From NCBI RefSeq assembly GCF_006345805.1, contig NC_043004.1, positions 86,490,001 to 86,554,000 of the forward strand: a stretch of DNA of 64,000 bases, in the 5' to 3' direction. Origin of the DNA: Octopus sinensis (Eukaryota). The translations under genes were made by a program, and so were the position numbers. Under the pieces are notes generated by a model, which was not told the origin of the DNA, did not search any database, and saw nothing but the letters and a program-made list of their open reading frames with translations. This document shows, piece by piece, positions 1 to 13,660 of this stretch (the first letter of the stretch is position 1; every line of letters begins with the position of its first letter).

Positions 1-469
1 TACAGTGGGACTGAACCCGCAACTGTGTGGTCGGTAAGCAAGCTACTTACCACACAGCCACTCTCAATTTTTAATACCAAGTTTTCTATTTTACCCAGTA
101 TAATATACAATTAAACAGAAATAATTTAATACTGTCCCTTTATGCAGAAGCTTTCGGTTTTGCAAAGGAGTATAATGTATCAAAGCTTTTGCTTTTGTGG
201 TGGGGTAGGATAGGATTCTCATTGTCCATTTTGATGTCTCTGTCTTTTTTTGTGTACATTTGAAGCCTACGTGGTATAACCAATTCTAGTAATAAATGGA
301 AGTCATTAGAAGGTGTCAGTTTCACAAAGAACTTCTTGTTGCAACACAATGTCTACCAAGAACAGTTTCCCCTCCTCATTTGGAAGCAATATCACTTATC
401 TTTAGAATTAGGATCCACACTGATAAGTATTAACTGAAGAAAACTTGTTTTGCTTTAATTTTATTAACC

Positions 470-1024
470 CTTTAGCATTCAGATTACTCTGTCAATTATA
501 ATGCTTACTAGCTGACCATGTTCCGTCAATAATGACAGCGAATTGTAGTATTTTAAATATAAGTAAGGTACATAATAATCTTGCATACAAACATTCACAT
601 ACTTCCCTTCTACACGCACACACATATATACTCGCACAGAGTTGAAACGCTGATTTTTTTTTCACCCCTTCCTTTTTGTCATTGCTACTACTTTCTCTCA
701 CTCCCTTTCCTTCACTGAAATACTATTTTCTCTGCGTCCAGCGTCATTCTGGACAAATATATATATATAAGGATAAGATCGTTAATTTAAATATCGATCT
801 TATCAAGTGTATATACACACACACATACATAAAATACACTCATTATTATATTAGGAGATTTAATCACATTATTTTGAATTAGCCATGCATTATCTTGGAG
901 TCTCAAGATTTTGATGATGTGATTATTTTTAGAATAACATTGTAAGGTATGTGTAAGAGGTCAGATCTGGCCAGTTTGAGCATAAAACAAGAAGAATGTT
1001 CGGGCCAGATATGTTCGAAGGGTT
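470..1024. mobile_element. piggyBac-type MITE (interrupted)
   Basis: TTAA-CCCTTTAGCATTCAGATTACTCTGTC...GAAGGG-TTAT; same family as 32896. Confidence 0.65.
508..858 (-). mobile_element. Non-autonomous Helitron-like element inserted in a piggyBac-type MITE
   Basis: The minus strand reads 5'-TC...CTAG-3' between host A and T, with a subterminal hairpin GTCA-ATAA-TGAC and no TSD. The host MITE resumes exactly after it. Confidence 0.6.
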
Positions 1025-1154
1025 ATGGCTGACTAAAGTTATTCTTTTTGTTTGTTTTTTTGAAGAATTGTCAGTTAATTTTATTCGTTCCTTAGAGATG
1101 AAGGCAAAAGTTAATCACATCTAGATATGAAAAGAAACTGGTCTTTAAATTTGT

Positions 1155-1525
1155 TTCAATCACTGGACTGTGGCCATGCTGAAGCGCACATTGAATAGTT
1201 TTAGTTGAACAAATCAATCCCAGTGCTTCCCCCCCCTATTTGTCTGGTACTTATTTCATTAGTCTCTTGCTGAACTGCTAAGTTAAGGTAACATAAACAA
1301 ACCAATACCTGTTGTTAGGTGGGTCAGAGAGGACACACATGCATAGATATATACACACACACAGCAGCAGGCTTCTACACAGTTTCTATGTACCAAATTC
1401 ACTCAGAAGGTATTGGTTAACTGAAAGTTATAGAAGAATCACTTACTCAAGATGCTGTTCAGTAGAACTGAACTTACAACCGTATGGTTGCAAAGCAAGC
1501 TTCTTAACCACACAGCCATGCCTGC
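1155..1525 (-). mobile_element. SINE family A (diverged)
   Basis: Reverse complement of the family A consensus. Confidence 0.75.
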
Positions 1526-2154
1526 GCAATGAAGATATTGGGTATTGTAAGACCAGTCCTGCTCTTTTAGTGGAACTAAATGAATGCAGAAGGAAAGAAG
1601 CACATCTTTTCTTGCTCATTCATTTTACTAAGGAAGCAGAACAATTGTGAGATATCATAATTTATAACTTTGACATTTTCATCCAAGCTAAATGATATAA
1701 CAAATTTGACTACTTAAACCATCTTATTTAATCCCATCGCCAAGATGTGATTATTTATTCACAAATTCTGATTCTCTTTTGCTGAAAAGGTCAGAATAAG
1801 GCCAAAACATGTAATCTTAGTCTGACAGTATTTTTCCCTTTTACTGCTTAATTGTGAAGGCACATGGCCTAATGGTTTGTGGTTGCACTCATGATCGCAA
1901 GATCCTGTTTTTGATTCTTGTTCTATCATCTTTGTCATAGCTCTATGAATCACATCTAGTTTTGTGATCAACAACCTGTGTACAAACAATAAGAGCATTG
2001 TTACATTTAGTTTAAAACTAAAGGTTCCTAGTTCAGCTACAATCTGATATGATGTACATATCTACGAGTAAAACACTTGAGGACAGTTGGGGATGAAACC
2101 TATTAAAATTATAAATATTGAGATATTGACAAAGATGTATATACTGCTAGATTC

Positions 2155-2538
2155 CTGTGGTAAGTAGCTTGCTCACCAACCACATGGTTCCGGGTTTAGT
2201 CCCACTGCATGGCACCTTGGGCAAGTGTCTTCTACTATAGCCTCAGGCCGACCAAAGCCTTGTGAGTGGATTTGGTAGACGGAAACTGAAAGAAGCCCAT
2301 CGTATATATATGTGTGTGTGTGTGTGTATATGTTTGTGTCTGTGATTGTCCCCCTTACATCGTTTGACAACCGATGCTGGTGTGTTTAGGTCCCCGTAAC
2401 TTAGCGGTTCGGCAAAAGAGACTGATATAAGTACCAGGCTTACAAAGAATAAGTCCTGGGGTCGATTTACTCGACTAAATGCGGTGCTCCAGCATGGCCA
2501 CAGTCATATGACTGAAACAAGTAAAAGAGTAAAAAGAG
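2155..2538 (+). mobile_element. SINE family A (tRNA-derived, CORE-like ccttgggcaagt motif)
   Basis: A-box-like gtggtaag, B-box ggtttagtccc, internal (TA/TG)n and tail gactgaaacaagtaaaagag. More than 15 full or partial copies in the window. Confidence 0.85.
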
Positions 2539-4253
2539 TCTATGATTCTGTGTCCAATCCCATTGCATGCTACTTTGGGCAAGTGCTTTCTACTGTAGTC
2601 CCAGGCCAATCAAAGCCATGTGAGTGGATTTGGTAGGTGGAAACTGAAAGAAGCCTGTTGTGTGTGTATGAATATTTGTACATATATTATCAAACATCCA
2701 TTTTCCATGCTGGCATGGATTGGACAGTTTGACAGGAGCTGGTAAGGCCAGGAGCCGCACCAGTTTCCATTGTCTGTTCTGGCATGGTTTCTACAGCTGC
2801 ATGCCCTTCCTAATGCCAACCATGAGTGTAGTGGGTGATTTTCATGTGGAACCAGCATGAAGAGTAACACCATTGTGTGTGTGTGTGTGTATAGTGATTG
2901 TGTTAATAAGTTCCTATTTCCCTTGTGCTCACTGGTTTGTAAACAATAACCTGCTGAAGGTGTCTTTTGCTTGCAGTCCACTGTGAAAGCGTGTCTAGGC
3001 TTCTTGACATGTTACACAACTTTTGTAAAACTAAAGGCTCGTTCAAACTGCCATTTCGTTTCCAGTTTTCCACATAAAATTATCTCCAGGCTGTGTTTAT
3101 TGTTCTATTGACTTGGAGATTATTATCCTACGTAGAAACAAGTGGGTATTGGCAATAAGAAGGGCATCTGGTAAAGGTGGCTGATTGTGGTGGTCATGGT
3201 TGTTGCCACTGCTGTCATCACCAAGCAATGTTGTTGATCATAGTTTAGTCCTGATTGAGCAGGTCTATGATCAAAGAAGTTCCAGGAATGAATATCCTAG
3301 ATTTTTTCCATGTATAATGTATCTAGGACTACATTATTCCAATGCTGCTTTCCTGTTTTTTAAGAAGTAGAATTTCAGTTGAGGGAAATTTGGTTATTAT
3401 TTCTGGTCAGTCAAACATCTACATAGTAGCTTGTTAGATATAGCTCTCATCTGTTTATTGTTAATATTGCTAGGCTACCAAATTAATTTCTTTATCAATC
3501 ACAAAAGTAACATTTTCTCGTAGCAGGGAAGAGTATAGTCAACTAAAAGAAGAAAAAAAATGAAATACCAATATGACAATGGAACTGGTTTCATCTTCTG
3601 CTGTGGGGTAAAAAAATATAATGAGCCACGTCAGGATTTTGAAGTCAAAACTAATAAACACTGAACATTATAAAGTGTTTCGTCTCACACTTTGCTAGCT
3701 CACCAACCATTCTTGTCTTTAACAATATTAATAGAATCCACAGATGTAGCAATCATTACTTGTGTTATCTGCAGCTGCAATCTAGAAAGAATTCATGAAA
3801 TGACAGCATAATTTCTTTATGTGTTGTTACCAGTCATCTGTATTTGTTCTGCAGGCAACACAATAAAAGTGCTGAATTTAATTGATTATGGTATTTAGTT
3901 TTATCTCATACATTCAAGTCTTCTATTATAATTTCATTTACATGTTGGATGTTTTATAGGAATATTATTAACTGAACCTGGTTCTTCGTGTGGCAGCTTT
4001 GACTGGTTCTTTGCGTGGCAGCTTGGACAAGTGTCTTCTGCTATAGCCTCAGGCCAACCAAAGCCTTGTGAGTGGATTTGGTACGAAAAAAACCCATTAT
4101 ATAAATATGTCATTATCACCATCATCATCATCATTTTTTTCTTTCCAATGCTGTCATGGGTTGGCTAGATCTTGTCACTCTTTGCAGTCTGCATCATCTG
4201 ATACCTACACCACAAGAAAAACAGGCCTTTTTCTTGTTATGTATGTCTTAGAG

Positions 4254-4535
4254 CAGTGGTTTCCAAGGTGGGCAGTATTGCCGCTCTGGGGGCGGTGAAA
4301 AGGTCCAAGGGAACATTGAAGAAAAGTTGGGTGATAATGGAGTAGCGATTCATATAACAATTGGGGCAATTCATGTAAAAACAACAAAATAATGGGTTCA
4401 TTAGGTTACGTTTTATTTGTGAAATACATTCGCTTTGAATTTGCTTCAGAAAGATATCTATGTTTGTGATGGTTAGTTGGGATGGGAGCGCTAGGTGTCA
4501 AGGGGGCGGCAGCCCGAAAAGTTTGGGAACCTAGT
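4254..4535. mobile_element. hAT-type MITE (degenerate)
   Basis: Starts CAGTGGTTTCCAAGGTGGG and ends AAAAGTTTGGGAACC; TSD not clear. Confidence 0.55.
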
Positions 4536-5362
4536 GCATTTTATTGTGCCTGGTGTGAAAAATAGTTTTATAATTATGATTTTGCTTCCAAAATATTCTT
4601 GCTGTTCTATTGCCTCAAGGCTGGGATGATTTCACTGTCAACTTTGATGTATCTATTTAGGATCTCTCTTCTCTTTGACCCTTGATGTGCAGTCTTGTTC
4701 TGTTATTTTAGACACACCTGTGTCTAATATTTCTTTTCACACTTACATAGGTTAATAAATAACTATGCTCATAATATGGAAATATTTAATATGATACTCC
4801 ACTCCACACACTCACTCATAGGTCATGGTGTGTACTAAATGACAGACGCAAAAACAATTCTCAACGAATCATTATTTACCTCTCAGTTGGAGAAAGTAAA
4901 CAAAACCTAATGGCGATTGTTTGCAACTCTCAAAGAAAAGAGGAGATAATTCCAATAAAGAAAGAAAGAATTTCTCAGTTAATTGAATTTCCACATTTAA
5001 GGTGAGAGTAGACCTGATCTTCGTTAGCATGCAAAGTGACAACTATAGACGTGTTCCAGATTTATTAGACCTCATCTGTAAATCATAATCATTTCAAATT
5101 TGCTCTAACCAGATGACAGAGATTTTCTGAGTAGGAAATGAGGATTGGTGAAGAATGTTGTTGTCCAGTATAATTTACCTAGTTACACAAAGTGATGTGA
5201 ACCAAGGTAAATTATTGAAATGGATCAATAACATAAATTTTAGCTAATTCCTGTAAAAGAAATTTAAATTTCGTTGACATTAATTCCTAATCCTTTGATA
5301 TTCTCTCCCCTTTTCGTTGGGAATCATTAACAAGTAGCATTAGGTTCCCTGCTCCAACGACG

Positions 5363-5700
5363 AAATGCTCAGCGGTATTTCGTCTTCTGCTATGTTCTGA
5401 GTTCAAATTCCGCCGAGGTCGACTTTGCTTTTCATCCTTTCAGGGTCGATTAAATAAGTACCAGTTACGCACTGGGGTCGATGTAATCGACTTAATCCCT
5501 TTGTCTGTCCTTGTTTGTCCTCTCTGTGTTTAGCCCCTTGTGGGTAGTAAAGAAATAGGTATTTCGTCTGTCTGAACGTTCTGAGTTCAAATTCCGCCGG
5601 GGTCGATAAATTAAGTACCAGTTACGCACTGGGAGGGGTCAATGTAATCGACTAGTCTCCTCCCACCAAATTTCAATTCTTGTACCTTTAGGAGAAAGGA
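5363..5700 (+). mobile_element. SINE family B (tRNA-derived, Deu/Nin-like central domain), dimer
   Basis: B-box gagttcaaattcc and central gc(c/t)tttcatcctttc(g/a)gggtcgat...aagtaccag. The tail agtaaagaaatag runs straight into a second copy. Confidence 0.85.
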
Positions 5701-6431
5701 AAAGGTTCCTCTCCCCCACTCTAAATTAAGTTGTATATTTTAGTTAACTTTCATTTCCCCTCCCCCTCCTTTTCTCATGATGTATTCAGTACATCATTGC
5801 TGGCTTGAATTTCTTGCCATTAGCCCATTTAAGTTATTTCCCTTATCTCGTTTTTGTAAACTCATCACACGTGTATTTATATATGTACACAGGTATATAA
5901 TGTGAAAGTGTGTGCATACATATATATATACATTTTATCTTTTACTTGTTTCAGTCTTTGTACTGTGGCCACGCTGGGACACCACCTTCAGGTTTTTAGT
6001 CAAATCGATCCCGGTGCTTATTTTTAACTTGGTACCTATTCTATTGCTCTGTTTTGCCGAGTCGATAGAATAAGTACTAGGCTTACAAAGAATAAGTCCT
6101 GTGGTCGATTTGCTCGACTAAAGGCGTTGCTCCAGCATGGCCACAGTCACATGACTGAAACAAGTAAAAGAGTAGGTGGACAGTAGCGAAAACAGTCTTG
6201 TTTGCACATTCTTAAACGCATTTACATTCGTATACTTAGAGGTTTAGTCATGTACGTTTAATATGTAAAAAAAAAAAAAAATGTCAATTTCCTATAAATA
6301 GTATTGTTTTAAATAGCTGACCAATTTTTTGGAACTCCTAATTTTTCATTTTGCAAACCTTATAACATTACAAGTATGCTACTGGCGTATGTCATAATGA
6401 GAGTATCAGATATTTTTTAGTGTGTTTAAAT

Positions 6432-6712
6432 CAGGCCTAGTCAACTCGAGTTAGATTGCGGGCCACTTTAATCACAGAAAGTGGGTGGGGGTGCTTGTAT
6501 ACTTTATGCACTAATAGTCAAATAATCAAATTACAGAATCAAGAATTTTTCAGACTTTTCGTTTGTTTAAAATTATAAAATTGTAGGCTATTGCTTTATT
6601 GCCACTTATGAATTTTTTATTTATTTTGAGACAAATGTTTTACACAATTTTATTTTGAAATTAAACAATACTTCAAAAAGGTATCAAGCGGTCCGCAGGT
6701 TTGCCAGCCCTG
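6432..6712. mobile_element. hAT-type MITE
   Basis: Ends CAGGCCTAGTCAAC / GTTTGCCAGCCCTG, with 8-bp TSD GTTTAAAT / GTCTAAAT. Confidence 0.75.
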
Positions 6713-6869
6713 GTCTAAATTGTTCAGATCTTGTTGACTAATATACATAAAACCGTACCAAGTGCAAATTACTTAAACTTGTAGGGGATCATTAAGTTTG
6801 TTTCCACTTCCATCAATCAGCAGCTGGTACGATTTTGTTTGGCAACCGGTGAAGATTATTATTACTGTT

Positions 6870-7320
6870 GAGGCTAATTGACAGAATCGTTAACGCTTCG
6901 GACAAAATGCTTTACGGTAATTCTTTTGGCTCTTAACGTTCTGAGTTCAGATCCCGCAGAGGTCGTCTTTGGCTTTCATCCTTTCAGGATCGATAAAATA
7001 AAGTACTAGTCAAGTAATGGTGTTAATGTAATCGACTTGTCCCCACCCCTCAAAGTTTCTGGCTTTGTGCCAAAATTAGAAATAATTATTGTTATAATTA
7101 AAGTGGCGAGCTGACAGAATCGTTAGCACCCCCAAACAAAATATATAGCAGCATTTCGTCTGCCTTTACGTTCTGAGTTCATATTCCGCTTAGGTCGATT
7201 TTGCCTATCATTCTTTTTGGATCGATAAAATAAGTACCAGTTGAGTACTAGAGTTGATGTATTCGATTCATCCCCTCCCTCGAATATGCTGGCCTTGTGC
7301 CAAAATTTGAAACCATTATT
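6870..7320 (+). mobile_element. SINE family B, two adjacent copies
   Basis: cagaatcgtta...gagttca...tcatcc...gtcgat occurs twice. Confidence 0.8.
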
Positions 7321-9632
7321 ATTATTATTATTATTTGGTTGGGATTGAGTATTTTGGCATGCAATAAAAACTGGTTAATGGCGATCTTTGAGTAAATTTG
7401 TTTTCTTTTGGGATTTAAAAAAAAAGTCATTTGCAAAACAACACAAAAGTGAAAGTGAAAGCAACAATATCTAACGATCTAACGTAATCACACTTTCCTA
7501 AGAGTTCATTTCACAAAAGGATATGTTGGATAATGTCTTAGATACACAATGCGCTTTAAAAACGTTGACGGGTTGGTTACAACTGGGCTAACATTTGATC
7601 GATCAGCGTATATTATTTAGAGTTCATTATTAGCGACGGAAGTGGTGTAGTTCGGAATTGGCAATCTGTATACCTACTTCAAGTGTATATACTATTGAAA
7701 ACCTTCTAAACTGCAGTTTTCGTTTTGAGCAAGTCTCTCTTATCAATAATTTTGAACTAATATTGCTTCTGTTGCCAATAATGACTATTATTTATTTATT
7801 GTAACCTGCCAGACAAATGCAACATCGGTGGCTTTACAATCACTATTTAACTTTATCAGCTGGCAGCTGAGGTTGCTTGGAAGATGGTGCCGTGGATATT
7901 TGCTACTGGTGAAGTTAACAAGCAGAATTCTAGATTTATCAATTCCAGCGCCGCTGCTAAGCAACCTTCCCTGCTCCTGATATTTTTCTGTGCTTTTAAC
8001 ACTACAAGTCTACATGAGAAACTCGCTCAAGATAAATACCGTAATTTAGAAGGCTTTTAATGGTACATACGCATTAAGTATGTATTCTGTTCATTGTTTA
8101 GAATTGCTTTTAAAGGCAGTTGTTCCATACTGAAATGTGACAAACAGTAGCCGCTGTAGTTTACAAACAACCCCCGCTTGCATAATTGACGAACTTTCCA
8201 AATAGCTGACCCACCAGAGCTGTCTTAGCAACATTACAGGTCTCTGAGACAATCAATGTACTGAGATCTGTAGTAGTTTTTTTCTTCTTTTTTTGACAGC
8301 TAACCACAGTATACATAGATCATAATTGGGCCCCTAGCAACTGCTCTGTGTGCTTATTTTTTAAGATGACCCTGTGTTCCATATATGTCGGAATTTCTCC
8401 ATCAGGGTCAAGATTTTTTCCACCACCCCCCTCCGTCTTTTTAGATCCTACGTTTCAAAACAACGGGGCCTTATTAATTGCCTGCAAACCCTCACCGTGC
8501 CTTTGCAGGCAGTAACCACCACTTTTTTTCTCTCCCCTCCCCCCGTAATTTTATTGTATTCCACGTTCTGAAACATTTGTAATTTGCATTTAATTTTTTT
8601 AAAAAAGAATATTTAATTCCATTCGCCTTCATCGCATAATTTTAATTAGTCATTAAATGAAACAATTGTTTTAGAGAGATAATTTATTCATATAACAATT
8701 ATTTGTGAATAGTAATAAATGCTGGACTGAATGAAATATTGAATTAATTCAAAAATACGTAGTTTAACAACGATAACACATTTTAAATTGCAAGCCAGAA
8801 TATCAAGAGAAAATTTAACAACTACATCGTAAATGGAAACTAAAGTATAACAAAAAAAAAAATAGAAAATAGATTTTTAAAAAATATATTTGTAAAAAGG
8901 TATCTTCATAGACGCAGATATGGCTGTGTGGGTAAAAAGTTCGCTTTGCAACCACGTGATTTCAAGTTCAATCCCACCGCGCGACACCGTGGCTTCTATA
9001 GTTCCGGGCCGACCAATGCCTTGTGGGTGAATTTGGTTGACGGAAAGTCTGTGGAAGTTCGTCGCATATGTGTGTACGCGTCTGTTTGTTTCACTACCCA
9101 CCGCTTAACAACCGGTGCTGGTTTGTTTACGTCCCCATAATTTAAATAGTATTTTAATTCATCCACCCCGGGCGGGATTTGAACTTAGAACATAATGAGT
9201 TCCATAAAATACCGCAATGTATTTTTATCCAGTGCTCTGCTGATTCTGCTAGCTCTCCGTCTTGGTGATATCATTAATAAAGGTTTCTAATTTAGGCACA
9301 GGGCCAACAATTTTGAAGGGACGAGATTAATGGATGCCATTGACACTAGTACTTAATTAGTTCTTTGTCTTATCGGCCGCGAAAGGCTAATACACCTCTG
9401 CAGGATTTGATCTTAGAACATAAAGAGCTGGGGGCAAATACCGCAAGGCACTTTTACCGACTCTCTAACGATTCTACCAATTTGCAGCCTTCATATCAAT
9501 AATAACGATGCTCTTAACGATAAAGAATTTTAAACGAATGAAGACTAATTTTGAACAAACGAAGGGCATGTTTGGTTTTAATGTCTGACCACCGTCATTT
9601 GGAGCAAATCGAAATAATTTTATTGTATTATG

Positions 9633-10024
9633 AAGTGGTTCTCAACCGACAGGGAAACGCGCGAAGAAGCGTTCGCGGAGCAAAAACGGTTTGCGATCCG
9701 ACTGCCGCACACCGGGCCGCTGCGGGTCGAAACGAAGAGGCCGATTTCGACCGGCGGCGGCGGACGGGAGACGAGGGGGGCAGCGAAGGGCGGGCCCCGC
9801 ATAAGATTTTGCTGTTAAAATTTATGTGCGGTAAATTGGTTATGCTTCTACAATGCGCAAAGTATTTCAACATCTTTTTCTTAAACAATTCATAATAATA
9901 TTTAATTATAAAAATATAATGGGATTTTTTTAAACATCGAATATCTGGGTGGGCGGGGTGAGTCCAGCCGAGTAAAATAGGAATCAGAAGGGTTTCATAG
10001 GCAAACAATGGTTGAGAACCACTG
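9633..10024. mobile_element. hAT-type MITE with GC-rich interior
   Basis: TIRs AGTGGTTCTCAACC / GGTTGAGAACCACTG. The right end matches the inverted fragment starting at 28621. Confidence 0.7.
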
Positions 10025-11014
10025 CTGTAGACTGTGGGTTCGGGAAATTTAAGCTTCTATTTCTAGCAATTTAGCGACTATGTAGATGGTTTCGTTGGTT
10101 CATGCACTGAAAGATCGTTTTTGTTGTCTAAGCACCACGCCAGCTTCCAACTGTGTCTGTTGGAGCATCGTGGAATACATTATACAACGTTCAAATTCCG
10201 CCGGGGTCGACTTTATCTTTCATCCTTTCGGGGTCGATTAAATAAGTACCAGTTGCGCACTGGTGTCGATATAATCGACTTAATCCGTTTGTCTGTTCTT
10301 ATTTGTCCTCTCTGTGTTTGGCACCTTGTGGGTAGCAAAGAAATAGGAATACATTATACAACGTGTCCTTTCTTTTAAGCAAATAGTAGGGGGTGGCTAC
10401 TATTTCTAGCTGGTCAAGCGATTGTGTAGATACTCCCTCGTTAAATCTTGATGGAATGGCTTCAGACTGTTATTATAGAGCTTACTACATCTAGATTAGT
10501 AATGGGCAAATTGCGGCCTGCGGGATTATCTGAATGGCACGCCTAACAAAAAAACTACCTTGGGTGGTGGGCGCTTCTCGAATAAGTTGCTCCCACGTGG
10601 TCTATTATTTGATTGAGGGATTATATGAAACATTTTTATAGGGTTGAGACAAAGTTCAGCTGTGTGATGATGTCGTAGTTGAAGTCACCAGCTGTTTCAG
10701 GCTGAAATGTGTCGATACATGATGAACTATAAACGTGGAACGGGGGGTGGCGTGGTCAAGTGACTTTCAGTACGGTATAACGTTAGAACAAAGGATGTAA
10801 GTTGGAACCGATATGTAGTTGACCTCCATGCAGTCACTTGATCTGTTAGAAATAGCAGCCAAATCTTTTATGCGTGTCCTTTTAAATTCTTTCCAACCAC
10901 CATTTCCCCCCACACACACACACACACACACACTGTTGTAGTTTTGTTTGCAAATGATGAAAATCACATTCATCCCCCTCCCCACTCTTGAAATTATTAA
11001 TAATAAAAGTTTTT

Positions 11015-11415
11015 GCAGGAGTGGCTGTGTAGTAAGAAGCTTGCTTACCAACCACATGGTTCCGGATTCAGTCCCACTGCGTGGCACCTTGGGCAAGAGT
11101 CTTCTACTATAACCTCGGGCCGACCAAAGCCTTGTGAGTGGATTTGGTAGACGGAAACTGAAAGAAGCCCGTCGTGTATATATATGTGTGTGTGTGTGTG
11201 TGTTTATGTGTCTGTGTTTGTCTCCCCAACATCGCTTGACAACCGATGCTGGTGTGTTTATGTCCCCCGTAACTCAGCGGTTCGGCAAAAGAGAACGATA
11301 GAATAAGTACTAGACTTAAAAAGAATAAGTCTTGGGATCGATTTGCTCGACTAAAGGCGGTGCTCCAGCATGGCCGCAGCCAAATGGCTGAAGCAAGTAA
11401 AAGAGTGAAAGAGTA
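11015..11415 (+). mobile_element. SINE family A, full length
   Basis: gcaggagtggctgtg...ggttccggattcagtccc...gcaagtaaaagag. Confidence 0.88.
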
Positions 11416-11501
11416 TCAATGTAGAAAACGTTTTTAAAAATCTAGTAAAATTTGGCAAATTCTGGTGGTTAGAAAGAATTTTAAAAGATCCGACTCTGAC
11501 A

Positions 11502-11773
11502 TCACGGTTGGAACGTCTCTGATCATACATCTTGCTAAATCAGGGCGGAGAGGCTAATCAACGACGGCAGTGGTGAATGAATGCTTTAAGACCGTTAAAT
11601 CCTGACACGTGTTACATGTCAATACAGATGCTGATGGTCACGGTTGGAACGTCTCTGATCATACATCTTGCTAAATCAGGGCGGAGAGGCTAATCAACGA
11701 CGACAGTGGTGATGAATGCTTTAAGACCGTTAAAAGCCTGACACGTGTTACATGTCAATACAGGTGCCGATGG
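11502..11773 (+). repeat. Tandem duplication, 136-bp unit x2
   Basis: tcacggttggaacgtctctgatc... starts at 11502 and again at 11638. Confidence 0.9.
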
Positions 11774-12247
11774 AGTTGGTTCTGGGATGTTTATTAAAAG
11801 CAGCAGCAGCGGCAACCAGCATTGGGGGTCCATTCCTTTTAACACCGTTTTGTAAGGAAGGGTGCTTTGAATAGTTGGAGGTGTGTAGGTGAAGGGGGTT
11901 CGGGTGGTTGGAGTAGATGACTGACAGGTAGTGTAAGTAGCACGGATGTTGTTTGGCAGGTCAGTCTAGGTACTGATGTTATGACTTGTGGAATGTATCG
12001 CTATTTTATTATTTTTATTAGTCTAAACTAGGTTGCTTAGTCAGAAATATTGGTGCGGTAAAAGGAGAAAGTATATTGCTTTTAAGTGTGTCGCGAAGAT
12101 GATTGATGCCTGCTGTGTAAATGGCCTTTTAAGGCAGACTAAGTGGAAGATTAGATATAATGATTATAGTAATAGGTATATGATAATTATGATAATCAAC
12201 GGTTGAGGAGACAGATAAGTACGAAATATATATTACATAATTTGAGG

Positions 12248-12681
12248 GTACTTTTTGGTTATCTCACCCCATTAAAAAATTGCCATTAAAAAATTGGGTT
12301 ACCTCCCCACTAAAACATCGAGTTCGGCGACAAGAGATTGGATTAAGAGTTAAATCCTTTTGATTCAATATTTCGACACATTGTTGGCGTTTGGCCTCCT
12401 CGATAGGCATGGTATGATTTGTTATAAAAAATATTATTAGATTCAGTAAGATGCTTAATTTTTTTCAGTTTTGTATTTGTTATAGAAAATATTATCAGAT
12501 TCAAAACGGTTTCATCTTTTCACTTTATATGTTTATTAATTTTTTTCAGTTTTTTTTTTTTTTTTATTGGCTGTTAAACAATATTTTAGTTAAAGGCGAT
12601 AACCAAAAGTTTCGATATTTTTCGGAAAACCTAGGGGAGATAACCCAATTTTTAATGGGGTTGAGATAACCAAAATGTACC
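12248..12681. mobile_element. Long-TIR MITE family (copy 1 of 3)
   Basis: TIR GGTACTTTTTGGTTATCTCACCCCATTAAAAA with a shared internal sequence. Other copies at about 17380-18005 and 28740-29085. Confidence 0.7.
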
Positions 12682-13175
12682 AATTTGAGGTGTAGGTTCT
12701 AAGAAGAAATTCTTTGCTAGAATGCGCAGTGGGTCGCAGACTTTCGTTAAAATACACCTAGGAACTGGTACTCCGTCGGTTACGAAGACAAGTGTCCCAG
12801 TTGCTCCGATTAACTGAACAGCTTGCTCATGAAATTAACGTTTAAGGAGCTGAGCACTTTACTGGCATGCGTGTTCTTAACGTAGTCCTGGTGGAGATTC
12901 AGCGTGATACAGGATGTGAGATGGCTGGCCTTTGGAATTACAGGTATAACTTATTTTTGCTAGCTGCGTAGACCGGAGCAATGTGAAGTAAAGTCTCTTG
13001 CTCAAGAACACAACGCACCGTCGGGAATCGAACTCACGACCTTACGATCATGAACGACTACCCTGACCACTAACCCACGCGATAAGGCAGAAATCACACA
13101 CCAGTGATATATTGATTTGTATAGAATTGGTATAAGGCCAGAAATTCTCTAGAAGGACACAACCAATTTAATAAA

Positions 13176-13340
13176 CCGTATTTACTTGTGCATGAGTTGC
13201 ACTTTTTTATGCTTGATTTTATTTTTATGAAAAACTGAGAGGTGTCTGATGCACAGGGCAATCTAAAACTGAATGGAAAATATTTTGTACAAAGATTCAA
13301 CACTAAATTAGGGCTGCAACTTATACACGAATAAATACGG
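13176..13340. mobile_element. Tc1/mariner (pogo-like) MITE
   Basis: CCGTATTTACTTGTGCATGAGTTGCA / TGCAACTTATACACGAATAAATACGG-TA. Confidence 0.6.
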
Positions 13341-13424
13341 TAGTACGCCGGAACCTGATTGGTACTTATTTATTAAGCATCTCAGAATGATTAAAAAATT
13401 TTTTTTTTTAATGTTGATTCTAAA

Positions 13425-13660
13425 TACCTATTTCTTTATTACCCACAAGGGGCTAAACATAGAGGGGACAAACAAGGACAGACATAGGTATTAAGTCGAT
13501 TACATCGACCCCAGTGCGTAACTGGTACTTAATTTATCGACCCCGAAAGGATGAAAGGCAAAGTCGACCTCAGCGGAATTTGAACTCACAACGTTGCACC
13601 AGACGAAATACCGCTAAGCATTTCGCCCGGCACGCTAACGTTTCTGCCAGCTCGCCGCCT
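13425..13660 (-). mobile_element. SINE family B, full length, young
   Basis: Close match to the consensus. Confidence 0.88.

Noticed and set aside
7440-8260. Coding-like unique stretch as a gene or transposase
   Set aside because: Stops in all frames and no recognisable motif by eye; a translated search would be needed.
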